DNA from: Trichoplax sp. H2
Taxonomy: Eukaryota
Assembly (NCBI GenBank): GCA_003344405.1
Contig: NOWV01000119.1
Location: forward strand, 1-64,000
Length of the DNA stretch: 64,000 nt
Reading direction: 5' to 3'
Shown here: in pieces, positions 43,069 to 55,297 of the stretch
Layout of the letters: each line of letters begins with the position of its first letter
Position numbering within the stretch: position 1 is the first letter of the stretch
Notes under the pieces: model-generated
What the model saw: only the letters and a program-made list of their open reading frames with translations
Told to the model about the DNA's origin: nothing
Databases searched by the model: none
Position numbers and translations under genes: made by a program

Positions 43069-43862
43069 TCTTATCGTAATTCATAATCAATTTTGCCTAT
43101 CTTGTTGTTTTCAATGCTGCATGTCTCGGTGCTCGCACCGCATCAACTAATGTTATATATGAAGATTGTTAGTAATTATTTACATATCTAATTTATAAAT
43201 GAGCTAAAAAAACAGATCGTGTTCCAATCATGGCTAATCTTGTGTTCTATAAGTGCTCTAATGTATTTTAAATAGATAAAACGTAAAAGAGCTTATTACT
43301 TTTTATAATAAACATAGTTCAATTTGATCTTAGAAACGATTGGTGCCTGCGCTTAACCTCCGTTAAAAGCAGTTTTTGTGTTACAAAAAAGTTAAAACAC
43401 TAGCGTATTACCATAGATTNNNNNNNNNNNNNNNNNNNNTCTTATCGTAATTCATAATCAATTTTGCCTATCTCGTTGTTTTCAATGCTGCATGTCTCGG
43501 TGCTCGTACCGCATCAACTAATGTTATATATGTAGATTGTTAGTAATTATTTACATATCTAATTTATAAATGAGCTAAAAAAACAGTACACGGATAACGG
43601 TAAAAAGTTACTGAACCTCTGACAGGTCTATCAAATGGTAATACTATCTGTTAAATGAGCACATTATCGTAAACCGTCAGCAAAGCGACGGGAGTTTGCA
43701 CTAGTGTATTTTAAATAGATAAAACGTAAAAGAGCTTATTACTTTTTATAATAAACATAGTTCAATTTGATCTTAGAAACGATTGGTGCCTGCGCTTAAC
43801 CTCCGTTAAAAGCAGTTTTTGTGTTACAAAAAAGTTAAAACACTAGCGTATTACCATAGATT
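43069..43862. other. Gap-flanking duplication (43069-43419 vs 43440-43862) differing by a replacement
   Basis: Near-identical copies around the N-run 43420-43439. The 46 bp at 43216-43261 in copy 1 is replaced by 118 bp (43587-43704) in copy 2. Confidence 0.85.
43587..43704 (+). mobile_element. Helitron 3'-terminal fragment
   Basis: GC-rich subterminal hairpin ccgtc(a)gc-aaa-gcgacgg (43674-43691), 9-nt spacer, terminal CTAG followed by T. Second copy at 55031-55146. Confidence 0.75.
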
Positions 43863-44054
43863 TTGAATTCTACTTTACTTTTGGTGATCAAGAGTACCAT
43901 ACTTACTGATGTTCATGGTATCCTATAGTCATAAATAGAAAATTTTTACAACACTTTCGAGAAGGTTGATAAAGTAGTTTAACGTTGCTTTTTTATTGAT
44001 ATTTGAAAGAAGTAACGGTCTTTCTCACGTAAAATCAATAAATATTATAGACAT

Positions 44055-44137
44055 GTTACGGCCAAAACCGGAAGTCCGGCCAATACGCGTAATGGCCGGG
44101 CAGTATGCAATGGCCAACTTCGGGTTTTGGCCGTAAC
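44055..44137. mobile_element. 83-bp MITE-like element with 21-bp TIRs and 5-bp TSD GACAT
   Basis: gttacggccaaaaccggaagt / acttcgggttttggccgtaac (one mismatch). gacat at 44050-44054 and 44138-44142. GC-rich island in AT-rich DNA. Confidence 0.8.
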
Positions 44138-47100
44138 GACATATTTATAACATGGTATGATTCTGTCCTTAATTTATCAGATTGATTGGCTTTAATTAAA
44201 CCTACTGTAACCATACTTTATTTTAGACTAAAATGGATTCATGGATGGTACTGATAGTAATCTTGCTTGACCACTATTGTACTAGTTCTATTAAACTAAA
44301 CGATTTATCGTGTTTTACTTTTGTGACTTAACAAGGATCTTAAGATAAACATTCATTCCTTCATGAATAATTCAAGACAGAAATGTGTTAAAATAAGCTT
44401 CACTTTACTTCAACTGTTCCAATAGTAAATATGGTTATCACGCCTATTGTTACGCAATTTGCATGCGTTTATGTTCTGTACTCATGCGGTCTTACCTTAC
44501 GATTATAGCATATATACCATCGAAAGTGTTATCACCGTTATCCTTAAGTAAGCGTTACAATTTCATGATTTACTCATAACTTATGTCGTACGTATTACGA
44601 TCCATAAATTATATTTTAAACAAATTACCGTCATAAATGATCAAGGACAGTAAAATTTCTAAAAATTTTACAAATGCCGTATGGGACCATGTGAAAATAC
44701 TGCTATTATGAGCAATTTCTGATCAATTTCAAAAACGAAAAATGAGGTGATCATAATTTGTGCCGAAAGTCTTTTCAAGCAAGGAAGACTTATGATAACT
44801 CTGAACTTAGAAAATTATAAAAAAGTATTAGTTTCGACTTATGCTTGGGTTAGTAATAAATACCGGTACCTATGATTATACTTATAAAATTTCATACCTG
44901 CAGTTTAGATTGAATAATAGATTTTCAAATATCTAATTTCATTTACACCATTAAACCGACAATCCTTACAAAAACATAAGCAAAAGACGGATCTGTTTGC
45001 TTATAACTTACTGTACTGATTGTATTGGTTAAATAGTGGAATTATGGAAATTACAAGAAAGTAATATAAAAAGTACTTTATCAGTTTTTCACTATGCATA
45101 TCTTGAATCTGTTAGCAGGCTATAATGCAATGAACAATTCATACTTCATATAGCTAGTTACAATATTCATTTACAAATAATTTACAGTAAAAGCAATTAT
45201 TAACAGTTGTAGAATAAAATGTGTCGCTGTGTCAATCAAAACTTTCAAAACATTTTGATCAGCGTAAATTTGATTGTAAATTATATTGCATTGATATTCA
45301 CAAGCTAATCTCTCAACTTACGTGCCTACAGTTATTCATCATACTGAATTTTTGAAATTAGATAGCAATGTAGCCATTTTTATCTATTACGAATTTACTG
45401 CCATACACAATCTTATTAGCAATTATTACTATCAAGCAATGAAAAGGATTTATTAGTCCAGTATAACATTTAGATTATAATTACGGTAGAAACCGATTTA
45501 CCATCAGTTAAGTAATTGATAAAAAGGTAAAATCTACAATTTAGCAATAAATTCTTAGTATTTTGGATAACACCTATTTATTCACCAAAAATAATAATTA
45601 CATATTGCTGAGTGAACGATAAATATTATACTTCTTAATGATAACTAGAACTGATTACGTACTCATAAAGTTTTAATCGCCCTTTATGCTAAAATTTAAA
45701 GCTACTACAAGAACTGTAGTCTTTGGATAAAATCTGCCGCCCTTTTTAATCTTGACTGCATGAAGTTCTCGTCATAAAGCACTTCAGATTGATTAATAAT
45801 AAATAAACTATGAGATAGATCAATACTTCATTCTACCAAGTATTAAACAAAAACTGATCTATTAAATTACATTATCCTATTTAACCAAATTTCAAATTGC
45901 AAATTACCAATCCTTATTAGAATCATATTATAGCTCCCGGTGGCATGATATTTTATTTTTACTATACGCTGAATCAACAGCTATTGCTTTAGGGTACTAA
46001 ATTGGTATAATTTATATTAAATAAGAACCGTAATAAACTAGTGAATGCATCATATATTAGCTAGTAAAAAAAACGTTATGTTAATTTTTTGTGGTATGAG
46101 TATGATCTTAATCCAAGCCAAATGCAGGCGAAGCTTATAGCTTGGAATAAATCTTGAAATTATGACAGCAATACATCATGCTTTGCTACGTGAACATGCT
46201 ACTGAGTTGATTTATTGTTTTATTGATTACCTTTTCAATTTAAAACTAAACAAATTTGCGATTTAAAGTACATTTGGTATGACTTTTATCGATCTGATTT
46301 ACCTATAGAGAATATTATAAGCAATAAATAAATTATAAATATGAACAGTAGGAACAGTAAAGTTGCACTTATGCAAGCACGAATTTCCACCAACTTCATC
46401 TTTGGCTACTCCTACTAATTTTTCTAGCTAATTAAACCTTCAAGAAGTATAGTAAGACATTAATACACCTTAACATATACACTGAATACAGTAGTTTAGC
46501 TGATGTTGGAATTAAGTTTGAAAATCAAAAGTACAGAGGGATAAATAAAACTACGATACTCTAAATAGACGATATTTGTACCAGCAGGAAATCATCTTAT
46601 CTTAGCTTGGCAATCTAATACCCAGATAGGGTACAAATCAATATTAAAATGATTGTCATTGATTTAAGAAAATATGCAAAATAGGAGTGCCAATAGTCGC
46701 CATAATTGATCTAATTAGATCGTGTAAATAAATGAAAATGAACTACAGAGACGTGATACGACGATAAAACAGTAAATTAATAAGATGAAAAATTTTTGTG
46801 AAATTATTAAAGCTAGTTCTAACCCATGAAATAGTATAACGAGAAAATTAGAGATTTCACCAAGACAAAACTCATCTATTAAAGTAAACACAACGATATC
46901 TTCGGTAATAATAATTAGTGACATCAGTTTGACTTACAGAATACATCGCTTTCCTGAATATTATATAAGAATTAGAATATTATATTAGAATTAACTTAAA
47001 TGTTCCTCGGTTCGTTTAACTTTTCACAAAGGATCCAGTGAAATATCCAATGCGAAAAAGTTTTATCATAATTGCTAAATAAAAATTTATGGACATGATT

Positions 47101-49297
47101 ATTTATTAGAATACATAGAAATTTACGATCATTATGCATAACTTAAATTTTAGTTCAGTCATTAAGCCAGTATTTTTGTATCTTTAATATAGAAGCGTTA
47201 CAAAAGAGAATATTTTTGATTGTTGCCTAAATTGGCGATATTTGAAATAACAGTAAAATTTTATATCAAACTTCAAATACCATCTCATTCATATTTAATA
47301 ACTTGTACACAGGTATTAAATATTTAAATTCATCACTATTTAATTAGATTATTTATGCAATAATACCCAAAGTTATGAATAACTTTCCCTTAATAAGTAA
47401 ACACGCAAGTTAGATTCCTATCGGCTTCAATATATCAGTATTAATTGATAGAATAGGTAGAATGGAATGCACAAGACTAAAAAAATTTTTTGCGTTCATA
47501 TTGTACAGAACTCTTAAATGCGATAGTTTACTGCAAGTTTGTTATTCTAGAATATATTAGTAATTCTTTTGTCTTTCAAGATTATTATCTTAATATTTAA
47601 TATTTAGTATGAAGGTCAAATTTTCAGAAACAAAATTTTAAACCCCATTTACAAGTTTTCTGTGCCTACTTGACTTCGGCATAATAAATATGGTATCTTA
47701 TGCATACCAAAGATATTAATAAAATCCATTAAAAAATCTTTCTTTTACATTTTTAAATATTTTGCGAGACATCCATTACGGATATTACCTAATCATTTTT
47801 ACTCTTCATGGAGATATAAGCAACTTTTCACCTTAAGTATAAATCGCTTCAAGATATATCTTAGCAACGGATCTTCTACTATGACTGGGTCATGTAATTT
47901 TGTTAAGAATACTGACCTGACAAAGTAACTGTCATCTCCTTGCATAAATAATTTCAAGACCTATTAACGGAGTTATAATCATTTAAAGTTCTAATTTAGC
48001 TATAATTTTGCACATTAAGAATTAACTTTTAAGTAGTCGTTTTCCCTTTGAAAAAACGTTGTATTCAAGTCATGTCTTAGTATTGCATCTACAATCAGTA
48101 TGAATTTAATTCAGATAAAAATGCTGAATATGGTGATTTCTTCTTGAATTATTTCATTTTGTAGCCATTCTGAAGTTAGTCAAAGCTATCGCAATAAATA
48201 GCCTTAAAGTTACTGTTTGAGTTACGATCTAAGTCTAACCTTTCACACCTGAGTGGAGTTATTGAAATTAATTGTAGCTATGAAAGTTTTATTCGATCTA
48301 TTAACATTCATATCTTTTACTTTAAACATATACTTTTCATAACATCAATTAGGCATAAGCATTTATCTATCTTTTCTTCCCTATCAATCTGACTATGAAT
48401 TCACCTAGTTAATTACTAAGAAATCTTAGTTGTTTAACAATAAAATTCCCAACCCAAATCTAGCGCTGCAATGAAAGAGTAAGATATGAAGGAAGTAGAA
48501 ATTGAAGATTTTAAAATAAGTCGCGAGAGAATCATTCATAATTAAAAGACTATCTACGTATACAGAAATATAAATATCACCTATAAATAAATTATGATAT
48601 ACATATTGGCCGTATGCCATAGGCAGTTCTTTTAATCAATCTGTAATGCTATCACAGTATAATTATACTAGCTAATTCACCCGTTTTAGTATATTTATTC
48701 CTACTATGACGCATCGATAGCTGTTTCAAAGTTTAACTATCGCGTTATATATCCACTTCATAGTTCTATTATCTTTCTATTTACTAACAAAAGAAAATTC
48801 CATCATAATTGATAGCGATAAATATCTAGAGTCCGAAAGCTGACTAGTTATGCTAAAATTAGTAGGTAGCAGGGAACACTAACTTAAAGGCATCGAAAAA
48901 ACAGAACGTAATATTTATTTTCCGGTTTTCCTTTGAGGCTATTTACTGCTCAGAGGACAAGAACGTCAATATCGGTTTGATTTCTCTAAAGTAACTTAAT
49001 AATAGCCGGATTTTAAGCTTTAACCGTAACAAATGCGCATACTTTTCAATAATCTTTGTTCCCGCAACCAAAATCAATATGATGACTGAAGTTGTTATGA
49101 AAATGCTGACAAATTTATCATTATCGCTGATCAATTAGAATAAGTATAATAATTGAATATTTACTATTTACGTAGAGAAAGAGACTAATGCGTAGATCAC
49201 CAATTGCGTAAGTATATTTGTTCTAGATTATTCTAGGGCTAGAATTTTCTTATCAGACTTTTCTTATCCGAAATTTTTTTAATACTTGCTGAGTTCG

Positions 49298-50302
49298 ATG
49301 GATTTATTACGATTAAACAATACAATATCTTCAGAAAGACTCGCTGTCCAAAATTTACTTCACATAGTAAGCTATGTTTCAGGAGCTTTAGCGATTTTTG
49401 CGAATATATTGGTCATCGCAGTAGTTGCAGCAGAACATCATGTGTCCAAGTACGCCTTAATTATACAATTGGCCATTGCAGATGTTTTAATGGCATTTCC
49501 ACAATTGATCTCTTTCATTTTCATGATGGCATCGTCATCTTCAATTCATATTCCTTTATCCAAGGCTGTTCTTCTGTGCAAAATCGCCTTAACATGGTGG
49601 GGATTCGCTTATATATTGTCCGTCTTTACCTTGACATTAATTAGTATTGAACGCTATCGTATGCTATTACTGAGTGCACCATCCTATTCCGTGGGACGCC
49701 GTCTAACAATAGCTATCTGTGCAATATGGGCAATTGATATTCTCCTGATTATTCCACTAATTCCAATGATTAATATTGATCCGGTGTATGGATACAAGTG
49801 TAATTTGCGGTTTCAATACGGTCGTCTTTCCGCATCTATTTATTTTACAATTTTAGCCACAATGTGCTATATTTTACCTGGGTTTACCATTGTATTCTGC
49901 TACAGTAAATGCATCGCAATATTAAATAAAATTATGCACTTAACTATTTTACAATCTCATTCACTAACTGTACGTCAGGCTGAGATACAAAAAGTTACAA
50001 AAATGTTAATTACAATAACCATTTATTTCATTATTATGTCTACCCCATGGATTATCAATTTGATTGTTAACGTCTATCCGGGTTATGACTTAGTACAACC
50101 TTTATATACAAGTCCGTCTATTATCGCCACCGTTATGTCTATTTTGTCTACATCACTATTTTCCACAGCTCCACTTGGAAATGCTATAATTTATGCTACG
50201 ATGAGCCCACTATTTCGTAGAGTATTTCTGCGCTGGTGCAGTCGAAATAATTTGCGTGTTGGCACCGAAAGGAGAGTAGTTAAAGTAGGTAATTTTAATT
50301 AA
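49298..50302 (+). CDS. Intronless class A orphan GPCR, 334 aa from first ATG
   Basis: 7TM. LAIAD, LCKI...SIERY, YKC, YILP...CY, STPW, GNAIIY, helix-8 SPLFRR. The ORF-track start at 49286 is TTG. Confidence 0.92.
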   Translation: MDLLRLNNTISSERLAVQNLLHIVSYVSGALAIFANILVIAVVAAEHHVSKYALIIQLAIADVLMAFPQLISFIFMMASSSSIHIPLSKAVLLCKIALTWWGFAYILSVFTLTLISIERYRMLLLSAPSYSVGRRLTIAICAIWAIDILLIIPLIPMINIDPVYGYKCNLRFQYGRLSASIYFTILATMCYILPGFTIVFCYSKCIAILNKIMHLTILQSHSLTVRQAEIQKVTKMLITITIYFIIMSTPWIINLIVNVYPGYDLVQPLYTSPSIIATVMSILSTSLFSTAPLGNAIIYATMSPLFRRVFLRWCSRNNLRVGTERRVVKVGNFN

Positions 50303-52471
50303 TAATTGTTCTAGATTATGTATATTCTTGACTGGTCCTTTACAGTGTAGGTGGAAGTACTACAACATCATAACTTAAACGATTGAATAGGCTAATATAT
50401 TACATTTTATGAATTTATCACCCTTTTGCTTGATAATAAAATCTACTATTGCTCGCTTTAACTGATACAGCTTGATGCCGGTAAAATTTATACATTTATC
50501 TATCAAATAAAACATTAACGATAAATCAATGAAAAATGGATCAAACTGAATTTTGTAGATTTTTCTTTAAAAACTCAAATGTTAAAGTAATCAAAAAAAG
50601 AATGATTTGATTTAATTATTGAAATGTTTGAATTTCTACTTTTAAATATACCCAAAGGTACTAGAATCGTATCAGTCATTTTTCATCATTTATGGTATGA
50701 TTTAATTGTGTTCGTAGGTATTTTCTCTCTTCTAGCTAAATGTGTTAGTTCAATCCCTACCCTAAAGCAGTCACTCAATTTGTCTACCAAACGTATTGCC
50801 TATAAATAGTTTATTACTTCAATTTATTGTCGAATATTACAGTAACAAATTTAGGTCACGCAATTAAATACAGCTGGATCTCAAAGTGATCTCCCTCCTA
50901 AAGACACCTCGTATTCACGTATGGTTACGGCTATCGCCTCTAAAAATTGTCTACTAGTAGCATTTGACTATCCTAGCGCCTAAATATAATCCTTGATACT
51001 ATTAGTCTGCTTAGGTCTAGCGCCGCCGTCTTACCCTTGATTATCGGATCTCGCTATAAAAACTGTTTTCCCACAAGCTATTAGAATGATTTATTGTCTC
51101 AGCTATGTTACCACATAATAAATTCGATAATAAATCTATTGTAATACTACAATTCTTGTTTGTTTCATAAATCTCATCTTTAGTTAATATGGACTAAATT
51201 TCGAACGCAATATTAGATTTTACCTAGCTATTACTTTTAAACTCAAATTTAATCTACTCTTACTTTCTCCTTTGTTTTTCAACAAGAAAAAATAATTTTT
51301 GCCCGTTAAATAATATGTTTGTTACAGTTTATCTTTATCGATGTATTTGGTAAATATCGAAAAATCGTAGGTTTTGATTTTTTTCTTGTTATAATGATTG
51401 TAAACTAAGTATAGGTATGTGATAAAACAATTTTGACGTATTAAATCTTATAAGATTCGACTGATATTAACTCAGAACTTTTTTTTCCTTACCACCACTA
51501 CAGTGATGTACTTGCACTAATCTTTCTTTCAGTTACTTCCGCTTCATACACGGACAAATAAAAAATTTATAATAATTAGTAGCATCCATTGGTAATTCAA
51601 TTTTAAATTAAAAATAGTCGTTTGCTACCATACACAACCTTGGGCGAAATAGATACAATATCTTCTTCTTAACAAGTAAAAAACGCTTTCGAAGCTTTTC
51701 GCTAAATCAGAAGCTAACTTTCTCTATTATGACGACCACACTAAGATTGTTAAATAGGATGAAAGATTTCAAGGAGTGAACATTAGCACCTATACTAGAT
51801 GTTTACTATACCTTTATACCTATTTTACAGCGATTTTTATGTTCAAAATCAGAAAATGTCATTCACGTGATTCTAATCATTCATAATCTCTTATATTGCT
51901 TGATTTCCATCGATATCTTGCACGCAAAAGGGCGTTAAAAGTCATCACTGCCGGATAATAACAGTTCTTTCTATTTTGGATACCGCCAAGACTTATAGCT
52001 TGTATAAGGATTTCGGAATGATGAGTGGCAATTGTACTAGACAATGCAAAGATGATTTAAATGAATTTCTAGTTAAAACTGTTTGTTTTCATGACCAAAT
52101 ATAAATGTCAATATTTTCTCTGGTTTACCTCATTCTAAATCTAGAAAAATGTGGAGCAGGTGTTATTACGTTTTGTGAACTCTTCCATTAGGTCATGCTC
52201 CTAATTATTTTGATATTGATAATACCGATATTGTAGACAATGATAAAATTCTTACTATTAGAGAACATTTTTTAGATCAGCAATAACATCGATATCCTAC
52301 CAAGTAGCTGTAAGTTCCACAGTTTCTATGCAAAAATCGAAGTAAATTATTTCAATTCCGTATGGATAGATATCCAAATTGATCTATCAAATATCTTACC
52401 TAGAAAATTTTCCATTAGAGTAAGTTTTCAATCAGAGCTGTTAATACTTAGCATCAAATAACCTCAATAAC

Positions 52472-53578
52472 ATGACTGTAAATAAAAATTTTAACGCTAT
52501 AACGAATTGTAGTCCTATCAACCAAACTGTTAGAACTTCTTCCTTTAGTAATTTTGTACAAATCGTACAATGGTTAACTGTAATAGCCGATCTTCTTAGT
52601 GTCTTTGGTTGTGCCTTAATTCTTTACATCATCATTTATAAAATTCAAAGGAAATCACCTACCTTTTTCCTTATTGCCAATTTAGCTAGTACGTTTCTAA
52701 TCTTTTCATGCACCTCTCTCGAATCGCAAGTGGCAACCTTGCTGCTTTACGATTATCAATACAAGAAGCCTGACCTAATCATTTTGACTGTTCATTGCTG
52801 CTTAAGTCGATCTTTATTAGCACTTTGTTATACGACTTCCATGGTCCTGTTACTAATAACATGCTACGAACGTTATCGTGCTATAATTTATCCCACCAAA
52901 ACAAATTTATCACGTAAAAGACGGCGGCGAACATTCATCATAGCCTGGCTTGTAAGTGCAATTATCACATCTCCTCAATTATTCCTTATTACAGTCCATC
53001 CTTTCTATCCTTACTACTGCGAACTAAGATCGGATTATAAATTATTTTACAGCTTTTATTATCCATTTCTAGCCATTACTTGTTATTTTATACCTGATCT
53101 AATTTTAATATGCTGTTATGTACGTTTAATCGTTCGTTTAAATTCGATCGTACAAGTTGTTGGTAGTTTATCTATTCCACCTGCTGGCCAATATGAAAAG
53201 CGAAAAAGACAAGTCATTAAAATGTTAACAGCAACAACATTAGCTAGTACTCTCCTATCGGTGCTATGGGCAATCGTCTTATTTTTACTCGGTTATTGTG
53301 AAGGCAATGTGTATATGACGTTTAATTCGTTCCCGCACTTCGTGGTCTTCTACACTATGGCTCAATTATTTTACGGAATGACTCCTCTAGCTAATGTTAT
53401 ACTTTGGTTTCACTATAATGACGAATTAAATCATCAAATGAACCAACTATTTCAATCTATGGTCAAAATTTGCACTTTACCGACGGAAAATCGAGTTGCG
53501 CCTGTGTTGGTACAAAGTAGCCTAGTTACCCGTTCAAGCAATAATAATGATCCATTTACACCTTTGCACGAGCTGTAA
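52472..53578 (+). CDS. Intronless, divergent class A orphan GPCR, 368 aa
   Basis: 7TM. CYERYRAIIYP, YYC, YFIP...CY, VIKML. TM1 N, TM2 D, TM6 P and NPxxY are all degenerate (ANVILW). Confidence 0.88.
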   Translation: MTVNKNFNAITNCSPINQTVRTSSFSNFVQIVQWLTVIADLLSVFGCALILYIIIYKIQRKSPTFFLIANLASTFLIFSCTSLESQVATLLLYDYQYKKPDLIILTVHCCLSRSLLALCYTTSMVLLLITCYERYRAIIYPTKTNLSRKRRRRTFIIAWLVSAIITSPQLFLITVHPFYPYYCELRSDYKLFYSFYYPFLAITCYFIPDLILICCYVRLIVRLNSIVQVVGSLSIPPAGQYEKRKRQVIKMLTATTLASTLLSVLWAIVLFLLGYCEGNVYMTFNSFPHFVVFYTMAQLFYGMTPLANVILWFHYNDELNHQMNQLFQSMVKICTLPTENRVAPVLVQSSLVTRSSNNNDPFTPLHEL

Positions 53579-55030
53579 TAATATTTGTCTGGTTACGTGG
53601 ATACTCACTTTAACAAATAGCAAAAACAGAAACGTTTACCAATATGCAGTAATTTGCAATTATGGTGCTGGATATAATAGGCTTTTTCTTATCCGATAAT
53701 CATTTAGTTGGCACAATCTTGTCAGTTTAGCGATTTTCTGCGAGAATAACACTGGAAATAACTTCTCACTCAGTTACTCTGGGTCTCTGACTTAAAGCAA
53801 GAAATAGCAGTAGCAATCTTCGTTTCAGTACGGTATAAATGAAATTATCATTTGTGTATGTCTTGGAATCATTAATTGCCTATGATATTGAAATATCGTG
53901 AGTTAATTTAATTAGCAAAAGGATTGAAAAACTTCAGACTCTTTTGACAGTGATGGATTTAATATTAGCGTAATGGTTTGTAGGCATGAGTAATCGAATA
54001 AGAATAAACCAATATCTATAATAAAAAAAAGATTTATGAGGGCAGATTTTTTACGTTAAATCTTAGCTTTTACTTGCTAAAATCATATATTTAGAATTAC
54101 AGAATATGTTGATCCTCTCTGAGTAGATTTACTCGTATATCACCTTCATTTCTTTTCATAGTAGGATTATGACCATCAAACGTAGTTATATTTACGGTAC
54201 CTGCAGATAATCACTTCTAAAGTTAAGCCAGTTATGTTTATCCTTGGATTAATTAAAGTTTTCAGGCTTAAGATCGTGTTGTATATGAGATAGGAAAATA
54301 TTGAGAAAGTCGTTTTCACTAAATGAAATATTTAATGTCATGCATTGCATATTTTAATGTAAAAGATAGAATAAAGTTTTTCTCCTCCTATTTCTAGTTG
54401 TCTAAAATAAAAGTTTTATGCACTATTACTTTCTGTTGCTGACACATAGCTCTATATTCACCAAAAAATCAATCTCTCACTTTTAAAAGATTAAGATACC
54501 AAATAAAAATCGAAACTATTACAATTATTAGAAATGTAAATAATAATCGGTTGCCATTTTGAGACTTGAATTAGGTGTTAGAATCAGAATTTATCCAGAT
54601 TTCGCAATCAATTCGCAGTCGTGCTATCGAAAATGTAATAAAGCATCACTTTCATAAATAATACTGATTATCTATAGTATTAGTAGCAGTTATCGCCTTG
54701 GATAATAATAAAATAATCATGTTTTCATAATTCTGCCTTATGCACACCTCGGTATAATCGGGGATACAGATATCGATGATGATCATATAGCATTGCCGAC
54801 CAGGTGTAGGTATAAACCGATATGTTATAGTAAAACGGCATTTTCTACCCTAAGCATATATGAAAGCAAATGGTGAAATGTGACTTTCACTAATAAAATC
54901 TGTATGACTGTTATTAAAAAGTAAATATTCATCATTACGAAATGATTAAATTTTATGGGATTGTCGCTCAACAGAAAAATTCTTATGCCACGAACAACCC
55001 TACAGTACTTGTCAGTCAAATGATGCATGA

Positions 55031-55146
55031 AGTACACGGTATAAGTTACTGAACCTCTGACAGGTCTACGACAAATGGTAATATACTATCTGTTAAATGA
55101 GCACATTATCGTAAACCGTCAGCAAAGCGACGGGAGTTTGCTTTAG
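55031..55146 (+). mobile_element. Helitron 3'-terminal region, second copy (5' extent undetermined)
   Basis: Near-identical to 43585-43704 including the hairpin. Terminus reads TTAG followed by T. Confidence 0.7.
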
Positions 55147-55177
55147 TATCATTCTATTTCACTTTCTTGCGTACATA

Positions 55178-55297
55178 TAGTGGCCCAAATTGGCAATAAG
55201 TACGCGAAATCGCTGCTGCATTTAGAAATATTTATGGCTCTAGCAAAATTCTTATTTATGACAAATTATACTTTGACGCCAATTTAGGGCCATACTA
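55178..55297. mobile_element. Possible decayed MITE
   Basis: Imperfect inverted ends tagtggcccaaattggc / gccaatttagggccatacta, with TA at both limits. Confidence 0.4.
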
